In this document: piece after piece, positions 19,005 to 43,368 of the stretch
How the letters are laid out: each line of letters opens with the position of its first letter
Numbering within the stretch: the first letter of the stretch is position 1
Source of the DNA: Eledone cirrhosa
Lineage: Eukaryota
DNA: 64,000 bases
Direction: 5' to 3'
Assembly: GCA_964016885.1 (NCBI GenBank)
Contig: OZ024753.1
Location: 15,004,001 to 15,068,000 of the forward strand
The notes under the pieces: generated by a model
The model's input: the letters and a program-made list of their open reading frames with translations, nothing else
Told to the model about the DNA's origin: nothing
Databases searched by the model: none
Translations under genes and position numbers: made by a program

Positions 19005-19299
19005 TACTTACGTGGGTGGTTAACATTTTGAGATTGTGTAGAAAACTTCTATTGTATAAACGATAAGACACGTTTTTACTTATTTTATCTTTCTCTAAGA
19101 ACTTTCTATATTCTGAGAAATTCTTTAAGAAAATTATGTAATTATATTTTAGATTCTAGAGCGAACGATGTTCTTTAACCTTCAAAATCTTGTCATCTGG
19201 AAATAATTATGAAAGATTATACATACAGAATATCTATGTTGTGCGCACATTCACATAATGTATGACTGGCCTTATGTAGGATTTTCCATGAAAGAAGAC

Positions 19300-19334
<35 letters not shown>

Positions 19335-19379
19335 GTAGGTCTCGGGTTGAGTCGGGGATAACCACAGTAAGTAACCACA

Positions 19380-19411
<32 letters not shown>

Positions 19412-19415
<4 letters not shown>

Positions 19416-19600
19416 CGAAGGAAATGTGGTAAGGAACCAGGTGGACCATAACGCACCAAAGTACTCACTACTTAGGGTAGTAGAGTGGGTAATAGGAACA
19501 AGTAAGACCCCGACGGCTGAGCTCAAGCCGTTTCGACGGCTAATTCTGGATTAGCCGTCGAAACGGCTTGAGCTCAGCCGTCGGGGTTTTACTTGTTCCT
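19412..19600. mobile_element. Family H element with inverted arm, (TA)n on both sides (duplicate at 32581-32770)
   Basis: AGGAACAAGTAAGACCCCGACGGCTGAGCTCAAGCCGTTTCGACGGCTAA is mirrored after TTCTGGA. Confidence 0.75.
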
Positions 19601-19684
19601 ATATATATATATATATATTTATGTATATATGTGTGAATATATATACATATATATGTGTGTGTATATATATATGTGTGTGTGTGC

Positions 19685-19762
<78 letters not shown>

Positions 19763-19794
19763 GTGCGTGTGTGCGTGTGTGCGTGTGTGCGTGT

Positions 19795-19836
<42 letters not shown>

Positions 19837-19851
19837 AGACGCGTGGCTGAG

Positions 19852-20051
19852 NNNNNNNNNNNNNNNNNNNNNNNNNNNNNNNNNNNNNNNNNNNNNNNNN
19901 NNNNNNNNNNNNNNNNNNNNNNNNNNNNNNNNNNNNNNNNNNNNNNNNNNNNNNNNNNNNNNNNNNNNNNNNNNNNNNNNNNNNNNNNNNNNNNNNNNNN
20001 NNNNNNNNNNNNNNNNNNNNNNNNNNNNNNNNNNNNNNNNNNNNNNNNNNN
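19852..20051. other. Assembly gap (200 N)
   Basis: Run of N. Confidence 1.
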
Positions 20052-22350
<2,299 letters not shown>

Positions 22351-23100
22351 TTGGGGAGGGTCATATTTGCGTAATATTGCCAGAATTAATAACAGAACAC
22401 ACTCACTGTTTGGTTGGTTTTCGCTTCTCGCTGTCTTTTATATATATATATCTGCGATCTAACTTACTCGGTCCTCAATGTTGCCATTGACTGACCGGCG
22501 GTCAAAAATAATACAGATACAATATAGACAAACACATATATATATAGTTTACATAAATCTTTCGTTGCACATCTGCAACATCGTCAGTGGTGTTATATTC
22601 ATTGTTCCTCCTGTTGTGTTGTATGTCTACGCCATTTTTTTTGTTCAGTCTGTCTATATATTTATTTATTTATTTGCTTGTTTGTTTATCTTATTTTATT
22701 TTGTCTTCTTTGCGCATGCGTTTGCGTGTGTGTATAGTGTTATGTGTGATGTGTGACTAGTGTGTATAGTGTTGTGTCTGCTGGGTGACTAGTGTGTGTT
22801 TATGTGCTTGTGTATGTATTTATTTATCTTATTTTATTTAATTTAATTTACTTATTTATTTATACTTCTCTTAGGTCAGTGTTGTTTGTTTGGGTGTTGT
22901 TGTTGTTCCACTCATTCTTTCTGTTTAGCTTTATATATATATAAAAGACAGCGAGAAGCGAAAACCAACCAAACAGTGAGTGTGTTCTGTTATTAATTCT
23001 GGCAATATTACGCAAATATGACCCTCCCCAAATATAACAATATCTGTTTCGACACACGATTTCATATAAAAAACCTCGCAAAACTAATTCATCGCCGCTA
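22351..23100 (-). mobile_element. Solo Penelope pLTR with 5'-inverted segment, same family as 38688-40629
   Basis: 22351-22931 is the reverse complement of about 40035-40620; 22933-23041 repeats about 40522-40630 on plus, followed by 60 bp not seen elsewhere. Confidence 0.9.
22554..22587 (-). ncRNA. Minimal hammerhead in the pLTR
   Basis: Reverse complement of 40382-40415. Confidence 0.65.
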
Positions 23101-32981
<9,881 letters not shown>

Positions 32982-32998
<17 letters not shown>

Positions 32999-33160
32999 TG
33001 GTTAGAGAATTGGATTCACAATCGTGAGGTTGTGAGTTCGATTCGCAAACCGGGCGATGCGTTCTATCCTTGAGCAAGACACTTCATTTCACGTTGCTCC
33101 TTCTACCTGGAGTTGCGACCGATAGATAGTATTAGCAATTGGAAAGACCAATGGCAACAT
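32982..33160 (+). mobile_element. Family B SINE
   Basis: GGAGACGCGTGGCTGAGTGGTTAG, GAGTTCGATTC and CCTTGAGCAAGACACTT. Confidence 0.75.
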
Positions 33161-33576
33161 ATATACTCACCACATATACTACACGTACTCTATATCATAT
33201 AATCCTAAAATAAAAACAAATAAAAACATCTTTGAAAGATGTCGCAAGATTAGTTTTTAATGAATAACCTACTATATGTAATGTACTTTTAGTTGTTAAT
33301 AAAGAAAGCCATGTTAATATTCACCTTTACAACACTATTAATGGCTGCAAGCCAGAAAGTTTGTAATGCTTCCGTTTATTTCACCTTGAAGATGTTAACA
33401 AATTATTTTATAACATCCTAAGGCGGTGTATAGTTAGGGGAAGATGAATTGGTCACCATCTAACATGCCAGTAGAGGCAAAGTGGTTTCGTTTCTTAAAC
33501 AAATAGGTAGAGATATGTATTCTGACGTAGTCTATTACGTAAAATTACCGCACGCACACACACACTCACACACATA

Positions 33577-33632
<56 letters not shown>

Positions 33633-33731
33633 AATATATATTCATCAATGGGAGACGTTAGTAAAATAAATTCAGAAGAATTAATGATACTCACCCCAAA
33701 TTCCCCTACACCAAGATATATTATATATTTA

Positions 33732-33900
33732 CTGTATTTCACGGCGCCGAAGACGCTACCTTTTCCCCTAAAATAAGTCTCAAAAAATCTACCATACGTC
33801 ATGGAGGCAGAAGCTTGTTTATTTTTATTTTTCAAATTTGGGGTTGGAAAATTAGGGTGCGTCCTCGAAGGCGAAGCGTCTTCGGCGCCGGGAAATACGG
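33732..33900. mobile_element. Tc2/pogo-like MITE
   Basis: TA-CTGTATTTCACGGCGCCGAAGACGC...GCGTCTTCGGCGCCGGGAAATACGG-TA. Confidence 0.8.
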
Positions 33901-33910
33901 TACCTATTCC

Positions 33911-33956
<46 letters not shown>

Positions 33957-34026
33957 TATATATATATACAAGTAAATAATCGAGAATCAGAATTTCGGCC
34001 CACGAAATAACGATAAACAAACTTCG

Positions 34027-34480
<454 letters not shown>

Positions 34481-34787
34481 GGGGCGGGGCCTACTCACAT
34501 AAACATTCGAATTGTGAGACTGAAACACCTGCAGAAAGCTGAAGTGATCGATTTTTACTGTTGACATACACCTTTCTCAGGTAACACACCAATGTTGACT
34601 CTACTTGAGGTGAGACTACATAATTATACCGTAACTAAGGACACGATGACGGACAGCTATCTCTTCCATGTTTTCAGTACAAAATGAAGATATATATATT
34701 TGAAGTAAATAGAGGTAAATGCCAGGATGTGATAGTTCTCTTTATTTTATTTAAATTTGTTACGGTTATATGTATGTACACACATCG

Positions 34788-34879
<92 letters not shown>

Positions 34880-34880
34880 T

Positions 34881-35497
<617 letters not shown>

Positions 35498-35835
35498 ACA
35501 CTGTGTGGTGCCAAAGGTCCTGTATTCCACATCTAGAATAAGGAGCAGGTATTGCAATAACCTGGGGTTCAAGGGCCCTCAACTCTTCAACAAGCTGCCG
35601 AGGGATCTGAGAGATCGGCAAGGTGTGGAGGTGGATGTCTTCAAGAAACATCTCGACACCTTGTTATCCAGGATGCAGGATGAGCCCACAGTAAGGCACG
35701 AGGGAAACCTAAGGGCAGCAGCAATTAACTCCCTCTTGCACCAGTGGCCAACCAATATAGGCTGGAGATAAAATGTGTAGCAACAAGGGCGGTGCCCCAG
35801 CATGGCCTCAGCTGGATGGCTGGAACAGGTAAAAG
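35498..35835 (+). mobile_element. CR1-group LINE 3' fragment
   Basis: KGPQLFNKLPRDLRD...VDVFKKHLDTLLSRMQDEP, a CR1-type ORF2 C-terminus. Confidence 0.7.
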
Positions 35836-36139
35836 AGTATATATATATATATATATATATATAAATATATATATATTATATATCTGTAACCTTAACGAAT
35901 TAAATGACTTGAACACTTATCACACTTATTAGTAAAATATTTAATGAGCCAGATGAATTTCACACCTGTCTAAGGCCTAGTACCTGCTTTGCGCACCTAC
36001 ATTTCACATTTTTCCTGTGTCTATTACTTGCTTCAGTCCCCTACCTTTCACATTTGGCCTTGGTCTACTACCAGTTCCTCACAGTTCTGCGTGTAAGAAA
36101 GACCTCTTAAGGCATCAGAAATATCGGAGTTACATAACA

Positions 36140-36567
36140 TTCACTGGTTAATGGAATATTTAATGTAAGCAGTATTTCAGAAATACAAATAATTTCTTCT
36201 ACGAAGTTTTAACAACACAATTGACAATTACTAATCTATAAATCCTATGAATAAAATAAAAATCAGCTAATATAAATATTGTCTAAATTCTATGTCCACA
36301 CAAACTGTTATTTGAAAGGCCCATTAAATGCGCGTAAACATTTGTATTGATATTTCTGGAGATAATTTCTAAAGTTGTTTTGCAGTTCCTGTCCGCCATT
36401 GTTTTAGAAAGAAAATGCAAGTTTATGAAATATAATTTGAAGACTAAAATCCAAAGAGGGCTCGATAAGGATAAATATATATCAAATATATAAGAACCCT
36501 AGAGCAAATATTTATCAAAATAACATATTAAAGTTTAAGCAAAGAATCGCTGCTTTCACCCTTAACG
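36140..36567 (-). mobile_element. Decayed 5' end of another Penelope-like family (pLTR remnant plus ORF start)
   Basis: 36430-36567 is shared with 44960-45027 and 48410-48560; ATG at 36399 gives MADRNCKTTLEIIS, and a downstream NYL.FLKYCLH resembles a PLE N-terminus. Confidence 0.4.
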
Positions 36568-36582
36568 TATGTATATATATAA

Positions 36583-36649
<67 letters not shown>

Positions 36650-36809
36650 TGGTGATAAAATATATATATAAGAGGTGATAAAAGCCGACCTTGCCCAACT
36701 ACACCTCTCAAAGTCAATGACACACGACCGTGACTTCTGGCGTCACGCAGTAATACAGGGTACCCGACCTCCCATGGGTACATGCTGAAGCATATAAACA
36801 ATATGCCCC

Positions 36810-37090
36810 CCCCCCCCCCACCGCAAGGTGGTCGTGGAGGTGCCACGGCAAAAAAGCACCCAGCCCACACTGTAAAGTGGACGTGTAGGCGCCACGAAAA
36901 AGCACCCAGCACTCACTGTAAATGAGGTTGGTGTTAGGAAGGGCATCCAGCTGTAGAAATCAAGCCAGATCAGTTCCTGTATGAGCAAGGCATGGTCAGC
37001 CGACCAGACACTGCCCACAACAGGACAACCCGTCTAACCCATGCTAGCGTGGAAGAACGGACGTAAAACGGTGATGATGATGATGATGAT
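36810..37090 (+). mobile_element. SINE with RTE-like tail and (GAT)n end (family C; 3' part repeated at 44822-44945)
   Basis: GTTAGGAAGGGCATCCAGCTGTAGAAA ... ACCCATGCTAGCGTGGAAGAACGGACGTAAAACGGTGATGATG. Confidence 0.65.
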
Positions 37091-37245
37091 AAGTAGAATT
37101 GAGATGGAGGATTTGTGGTTTTAAAAAACACAAACCCTCCATCTCAATTATACTTTTGAAAAGCATAAGAACTGTGAAACCGGTAAAGGAAACAAATAAA
37201 CATTCTTAAAAAGACTACAGTTTCATTTTCGATTTCATCTTTTTT

Positions 37246-37295
<50 letters not shown>

Positions 37296-37364
37296 TCGAA
37301 GGAAATCATCACGATGATTTCCTTCTGTAGAAGTCATTTCCATATTAAATATATATATATACAA

Positions 37365-37600
37365 GAATGTATGTATAGTATATTTGGCAATATACTATAT
37401 GTTTATTTTTTTGAAGACAATTCGCTATGAGTTTTAAAGTATGTCACTTACTTACTCTTTTATTCACTTACTCTGTTGTTTGCCGAGAGTAAGTAAGTGA
37501 CATAGTCACTACTTTAAAACTTATAGTGAATGGAATGGTTTTCTAAATGTTTTAAAATGAACATACGGTATATTGCCAAATATACTATACATACATTCAT
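37365..37600. repeat. Imperfect inverted repeat flanked by (TA)n
   Basis: GAATGTATGTATAGTATATTTGGCAATATAC / GTATATTGCCAAATATACTATACATACATTC and GTCACTTACTTACTCT / AGAGTAAGTAAGTGAC. Confidence 0.8.
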
Positions 37601-37633
37601 ATATATATATATAGTTATTTCAGAGTACTGATA

Positions 37634-37701
<68 letters not shown>

Positions 37702-37706
<5 letters not shown>

Positions 37707-37863
37707 CGAAGGAAATGTGGTAAGAAACCAGGTGGACCATAACGCACCAAAGTACTCAATGCTTAGGGTAGTAGAGTGGGTAATAGGAACGAGTGGGACC
37801 ACGACGGCTGAGCTCAAGCCGTTTCGAAACGGCTTGAGCTCAGCCGTCGGGGTCCCACTCGTT

Positions 37864-37868
<5 letters not shown>
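37702..37868. mobile_element. Family H element with palindromic end
   Basis: GACGGCTGAGCTCAAGCCGTTTC|GAAACGGCTTGAGCTCAGCCGTC, (TA)n on both sides. Confidence 0.75.
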
Positions 37869-37904
<36 letters not shown>

Positions 37905-37931
37905 CATAACACCAATCGAACCCCTTTTATA

Positions 37932-37976
37932 GCTCTGACGAATCCTACGGTTACGTAAGGAAGAAACATTGTAAGC
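37932..37976 (+). ncRNA. Type I hammerhead in a ~120-bp TA-flanked insert (37901-38023)
   Basis: GCT-CTGACGA-A-TCCT-ACG-GTTA-CGT-A-AGGA-A-GAA-AC-ATT-GT-A-AGC; GUA cleavage predicted after 37973. Confidence 0.75.
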
Positions 37977-38123
37977 CAATAAAAATCTTTTGATGTTGTA
38001 GACGCTCTTGTGTTCTTTTTCATATATATATATATATATATATATATTTGTATCAGTACTCTTAAACAGTCCAGAAATAGCCGTCGAAACGGCTTGAACT
38101 CTGCCGTCGGGGTCAAACATTTT

Positions 38124-38209
<86 letters not shown>

Positions 38210-38641
38210 ATGACAGCAACGGATGTATATATCAGTTGATCACACGACTATGCCATTTAGGGTTCTCTGTCTTGATTTACTGTGTTATATTACGGTTTAT
38301 TAGAAATTTACCAGCAGGAATTTAAGACATGTTGCGAAAGAATGAAATAATATCCACTTTAGTTTCTTGTTTATATGTGGCAATGGTGGGCGGGTGTTTG
38401 TGTAGGAGGGTTGTTATGTAGGTGATGATGTGAGGGTGGCTGTGTAGGTGATGATATGAGGGTGGAGACCTTGTTTATGGTTAATATATAATGTTTACAG
38501 TGTTTTATAACTGCCATGCCTTTGACGATCTCTTTCTAAGAGTCGTCACCATATTTAAGTATCTTAAATGTTCCTCTCCGATTTATGGTATTCCCGTTTT
38601 CTTACACACATATTCAGATATATACACACATGCATATATTA

Positions 38642-38687
<46 letters not shown>

Positions 38688-40106
38688 GGGTGGACCAAAG
38701 CTATACGGACCCCCCAAAACACTGATCAGGTAAGAAAAATGGTCGCACATGCAATAGGGGCTAGTATCAAAACTACCCTAAAGGGCCACATATTTAAGTT
38801 CAATGAGAAAATCTACACCCAAAATGAGGGAGCAGCCATCGGCGTCAGCATAGCTGGCGATGTTGCCAACCTTTTCATGGTATGGTGGGAAAGGAGACTT
38901 AAAGATCTCCTTAATAATAGCTCCATAGACCTCATCATGTACTCTCGTTATGTAGACGATATCAATATAGTTATAAGAACACCCCCACTAGAGAGCACTA
39001 ACAAGTTTGATTTAGAACGTAGCACGATGGAAAGCATCCAGCAGATAGCTAATTCCATACACCAGAGTATAACTGTAACTATAGACTTCCCTTCCAAACA
39101 CCCTAACAATAGACTACCTGTATTAGACACAGAACTCTGGATTAACACTATAGACGAGAGAGCCCAAATTCTCCACTCACACTATGCTAAACCCATGGCC
39201 TCCAAATACCTGATACTCAAAAACTCAGCAATGTCCAGTAGTGCTAAGTTTAATATTCTGATCGCAGATTTGGTACGAGTGATGAAGAATGTGTCCAGCA
39301 TGTGCGACCCAACAGAAATGGAAGGACACATCCAACACTTCATCAACCGCATGCAGTTCTCTGGCTACAACCAAAGAGACAGAGTCAGAGTATACGAAGG
39401 AGCCATGGAAAAGTATAAGACCCTCATAGAACTGGACATGAAAGGAATTTGCCCACTATACAGGAGCAAATCATGGAATAGCTTAGATAGGGCTAGACAT
39501 AAGATAGGGAAGGCCACATCATGGTACGACAACCAGAGATATCAGAGTGTCATGTTTGTGGACGCCACCCCTGGAGGGAAATTAGCTAACCAGTGTAGAA
39601 AGGCCCTGAGAAAGACCCACTTAAAAATAAAGGTGGTAGAAAAGCCAGGAACCACCATAAAATCCCTGATCAGCAAAACCTACCCTTTTAAGAAAACCCA
39701 CTGTACCAATAGGAAATGTATCATATGTAAGGTGAACCCCCGGATAAACTGTAAAACTAGAAACGTAGTCTATAGCATAAGATGTACAGAGGGTACTTGC
39801 AGAAACACGACAACAACATACATAGGTGAGACAGCTCGTAGCATAGGTGAAAGGATAGACCAACACTGGGGGGAACTAAAAGGACGAAAAAACGGGTCAG
39901 TACTATACGAACATGCTAGACAACATCATGACGGTAACATAGACAACATAGAAATTAGAATAATATCTAAACATAGGAATGACCCAGCAGATAGGCAAAT
40001 CAGAGAGGCCAGTGAAATAAAAATTAGAAGACCAAAGCTAAACAGAAAGAATGAGTGGAACAACAACAACACCCAAACAAACAACACTGACCTAAGAGAA
40101 GTATAA
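38688..40106 (+). CDS. Penelope-like retroelement ORF (RT + Cys linker + GIY-YIG endonuclease), 5'-truncated, Neptune-like
   Basis: RT motifs YTQNEGAAIGVSIAGDVANLFM, YSRYVDD and LPVLD; linker CTNRKCIIC; EN VVYSIRC...YIGETAR..ER..QH...REA..I....PKLNR. The frame stays open upstream of M38739 to the (TA)n junction. Confidence 0.92.
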   Translation, partial: GWTKAIRTPQNTDQVRKMVAHAIGASIKTTLKGHIFKFNEKIYTQNEGAAIGVSIAGDVANLFMVWWERRLKDLLNNSSIDLIMYSRYVDDINIVIRTPPLESTNKFDLERSTMESIQQIANSIHQSITVTIDFPSKHPNNRLPVLDTELWINTIDERAQILHSHYAKPMASKYLILKNSAMSSSAKFNILIADLVRVMKNVSSMCDPTEMEGHIQHFINRMQFSGYNQRDRVRVYEGAMEKYKTLIELDMKGICPLYRSKSWNSLDRARHKIGKATSWYDNQRYQSVMFVDATPGGKLANQCRKALRKTHLKIKVVEKPGTTIKSLISKTYPFKKTHCTNRKCIICKVNPRINCKTRNVVYSIRCTEGTCRNTTTTYIGETARSIGERIDQHWGELKGRKNGSVLYEHARQHHDGNIDNIEIRIISKHRNDPADRQIREASEIKIRRPKLNRKNEWNNNNTQTNNTDLREV

Positions 40107-40381
40107 ATAAATAAGTAAATTAAATTAAATAAAATAAGATAAATAAATACATACACAAGCACATAAACACACACTAGTCACCCAGCAGACACAACACTAT
40201 ACACACTAGTCACACATCACACATAACACTATACACACACGCAAACGCATGCGCAAAGAAGACAAAATAAAATAAGATAAACAAACAAGCAAATAAATAA
40301 ATAAATATATAGACAGACTGAACAAAAAAAAAAATGGCGTAGACATACAACACAACAGGAGGAACAATGAATATAACACCA

Positions 40382-40415
40382 CTGACGATGTTGCAGATGT
40401 GCAACGAAAGATTTA
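40382..40415 (+). ncRNA. Minimal hammerhead of the Penelope pLTR
   Basis: CTGACGA-T-GTTGCA-GATG-TGCAAC-GAA-AGATTT-A: perfect 6-bp stem II, near-palindromic stem III, weak stem I. Confidence 0.7.
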
Positions 40416-40526
40416 TGTAAACTATATATATATGTGTTTGTCTATATTGTATCTGTATTATTTTTGACCGCCGGTCAGTCAATGGCAACATTGAGGACCG
40501 AGTAAGTTAGATCGCAGATACATATA

Positions 40527-40607
40527 TATAAAAGACAGCGAGAAGCGAAAACCAACCAAACAGTGAGTGTGTTCTGTTATTAATTCTGGCAATATTACGC
40601 AAATATG
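40527..40607 (+). promoter_or_regulatory. Putative pLTR Pol II core promoter and start codon
   Basis: TATAAAA at 40527, Inr-like ACAGT at 40560, ATG at 40605. Confidence 0.45.
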
Positions 40608-40622
40608 ACCCTCCCCAAATAT

Positions 40623-40654
<32 letters not shown>

Positions 40655-40764
40655 TTCGGTACATAGAATCCAGTCCTCGCCAGCTGTTCGATCTACCGAA
40701 TTATTATTATTTTTATATGAGCCGCCAGTGTCCGCGCATTGCCTGGAGACTTAACTGAGAATAG

Positions 40765-40846
40765 ACTCCCTGATGACGCAATGAATTCTCGACAGTTGGA
40801 TTACGTAACTGTCTTTATCCCATTGCAGAAACTAATTAGTTGGAGT
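40765..40846 (+). ncRNA. Type I hammerhead with extended stem II
   Basis: Stem I ACTCC/GGAGT, CTGATGA, GCAATG/CATTGC plus inner GACAGTT/AACTGTC, GAA, palindromic ACTAATTAGT, GUU cleavage predicted after 40841. Confidence 0.8.
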
Positions 40847-41030
40847 GAAAATTTAAGTAAGTAAAAAATTTTTAAAAAATTTTTTTAAAAAATATTTTCT
40901 TATTTTACGTCTTTTATATTATTGTTCTGCATTCTCCTGCATTGAACCACCTAGGTACTATGACATAACCTGTGTATTTGCTAGCATGGGCGTGCATCTG
41001 TGCGCTTATGTTAGTTGATATATTAAATTA

Positions 41031-41078
<48 letters not shown>

Positions 41079-41107
41079 CGCGTGTGTATGATTATGTAAA
41101 TATATGC

Positions 41108-41310
41108 AAACATATGTATATATATATAGGCACACAAGGCCAACAATTTTCGATAAAATCGACCCCAGTGCGTGACTGGTACTTTATTTTATCGCCCCCG
41201 TAAGGATGAAAGGCAAAGTTAATCTCGGGGGGGATTTGAACTCAGATCATAAAGGGACGTAACTCTATGCTGCAAAGCATGGCGTCCGACCATCTACCGA
41301 TACTGCCAAT
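41108..41310 (-). mobile_element. Family A SINE
   Basis: Reverse complement of the consensus. Confidence 0.75.
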
Positions 41311-41487
41311 ATATTATTGTGTGTTTATGATTATATAAGCACAGACAAATAGACAGAGATATGAGTTAATAAGTACACACTAATATATATATATTTATAT
41401 ATATATATTTATTTATATGTATGCACGTACGTATGTATATATGAACGTATGTACGTATGTACATATTTATGTATGTACGCATGTATG

Positions 41488-43368
41488 TTCTTCTGGTTTT
41501 ATAATTTCACAAATGTTTACCAATAGAAAGAGAGTCGGGTTCTAACATAGACACAAGACTCTCTCATTGGAATTTACACAACATCAACTAGGTAGATATG
41601 TATGTATGCATGCATGTGTAGATATGGATGTTATTGTATGTATGGATGTGGATGTTTTGAGTTGTATGTGTGCATGTGTATATGCTTTGTATCTGTATGT
41701 GTACATGCAGTTAATGGATGCAAAACCTTTGGAATGTTTCACATAATTTTACTGTTCCATTAATGGATTGTACTTGTAATTTCCTAACTAGTTGTGTTCT
41801 TTCTGTTCCTGTGAAGCCCAGCTTCTCAAGATTTGTACTGAGGCAGTTACTAACATATCGCAGCGCCCCAATAATCAGAGGTATAAAACTGAAGGTATAG
41901 TCAGGGTGGTGTATCTGCAGATTTCTCATTAGTTCTTCATAAATATTCTCCTTTTCGCAAATCTTTGATATTATATTGGCATCGGCTGGGAAGCTAACTT
42001 CCACTACTGTACATGCATTCTTTTCCCTGTCCCATATCATAATATCTGGTCTGTTATGCCTGTATTTTATTGGGGTTTTTACTATAACATTCCACCAATA
42101 CTCTTTCATATTATGTATTTGTATGTCTCCCACATTGCTGTAGCTTTTAATGTGTTTATTATCGGGGCTATCTTTTCTACAGATTGCATTGTACAGTGTT
42201 TTGGCCACTACATCATGCCTCATAGGTAGATAGTACCGCGATGACATCTTTGGACAACTGCTGATGACATGAATGACATCTTCGATGTTAATTCTGCAGA
42301 GTCTGCACTTGTTGTCATATCTAGGTGTTTTGCCTGCACCCCTATCTCTTTTGTGAATCAGGTATTTCGTGTTGATTTCCTGTTCTTGGATTGCAAAAGC
42401 GTATCCTTCAAAGTGGGAGCCAATATAGCGGTTGTTGGTCCAAGATAGACCACTTTGCTTATCTATATTACTCTCACTCTGGAGCTTCCTGGCAACACAT
42501 CCATGCATGATTTTTTGCTGATAAGCATGCAGTTTTTCACCCATGGATTCACTGCGGTACTGCTGAGCGACTTCCCTGGGTCTGAGTTTTTGATTATCAC
42601 ACAGGGAATATCTTTCAAGGAGTTCCTTCCCAACACTCATGATCTTATCTGATTCATGCAGATTTACTTGCCCGAGAGACGGGCTCCTACGCTTCGAGGT
42701 TCGTAGATGTTGTCGGAGGGATATGATGCGACATTCAAATGCTGTCTGGACTGATGTTAGGCCTTTTCCTCCCTGCTTACGTTTCAAATAGAGGCGGTCT
42801 ATGTCACTGTTGATGTGGAAGTTTCCGGTGCTGTTTAGTAATTTTCGAGTTCCAACATCAATTGCTCGGATTTAGTCTATTGTCCAATTGAGTATTCCAA
42901 ACGTTGGTGCTAGGACAGGCACAGCAAACACATTGTGAGCCACTGTTTTGTTGTGCGCAGAGAGTTCCGATGACCATATTTTTCTTAATAGGGTGTAGTA
43001 TTCCCTGGTTACGCGTTCCATATTACAGATACCATTATAGGATATGTTCTCATCTATCCCCAGGTATCTGTAGCAGTCCTCATCAGATATCGGTGAAACA
43101 GTTAGGCCATTGATGACAATGTTGCTAGATTGGGTTGTTGTTTTTACCCGCTTTACTGTCATATATGAGCATTTATCTTGGCCAAACTCAATTCCTATAT
43201 CCTTTGAGAATGTTGTAACCAGGTCAAGATTTTTCTTCATCCCATCCATGTTCTTGGCATAGAGTTTCAGATCATCCACAAAGAAATTATGGGTTAGGTT
43301 CGTATTTCTGTCCTCCTGTGAGCCAATGATGTATCATTCACATTTCTTGGGCAGAAAGGACAAGGGGA
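41488..43368 (-). mobile_element. R4/Dong-clade RLE non-LTR retrotransposon, 5'-truncated and frameshifted
   Basis: RT FFVDDLKLYA, YRYLG and GGKGL; CCHC knuckle CRLC...H....C; RHD, RPD, EVSFP and EK..Y endonuclease motifs (ORFs 42872-43279 and 41711-42787). Confidence 0.85.

Larger units (their letters stand above)
13491..19851 (+). repeat. Duplicated segment, copy 1 (copy 2 at 26989-32998)
   Basis: Near-identical unique sequence at initial offset 13498; copy 1 stops at the N gap. Confidence 0.95.
40107..40629 (+). mobile_element. Penelope 3' UTR/pLTR
   Basis: Identical in reverse at 22351-22931; ends in (TA)n; contains a hammerhead, a TATA-like box and an ATG. Confidence 0.85.
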
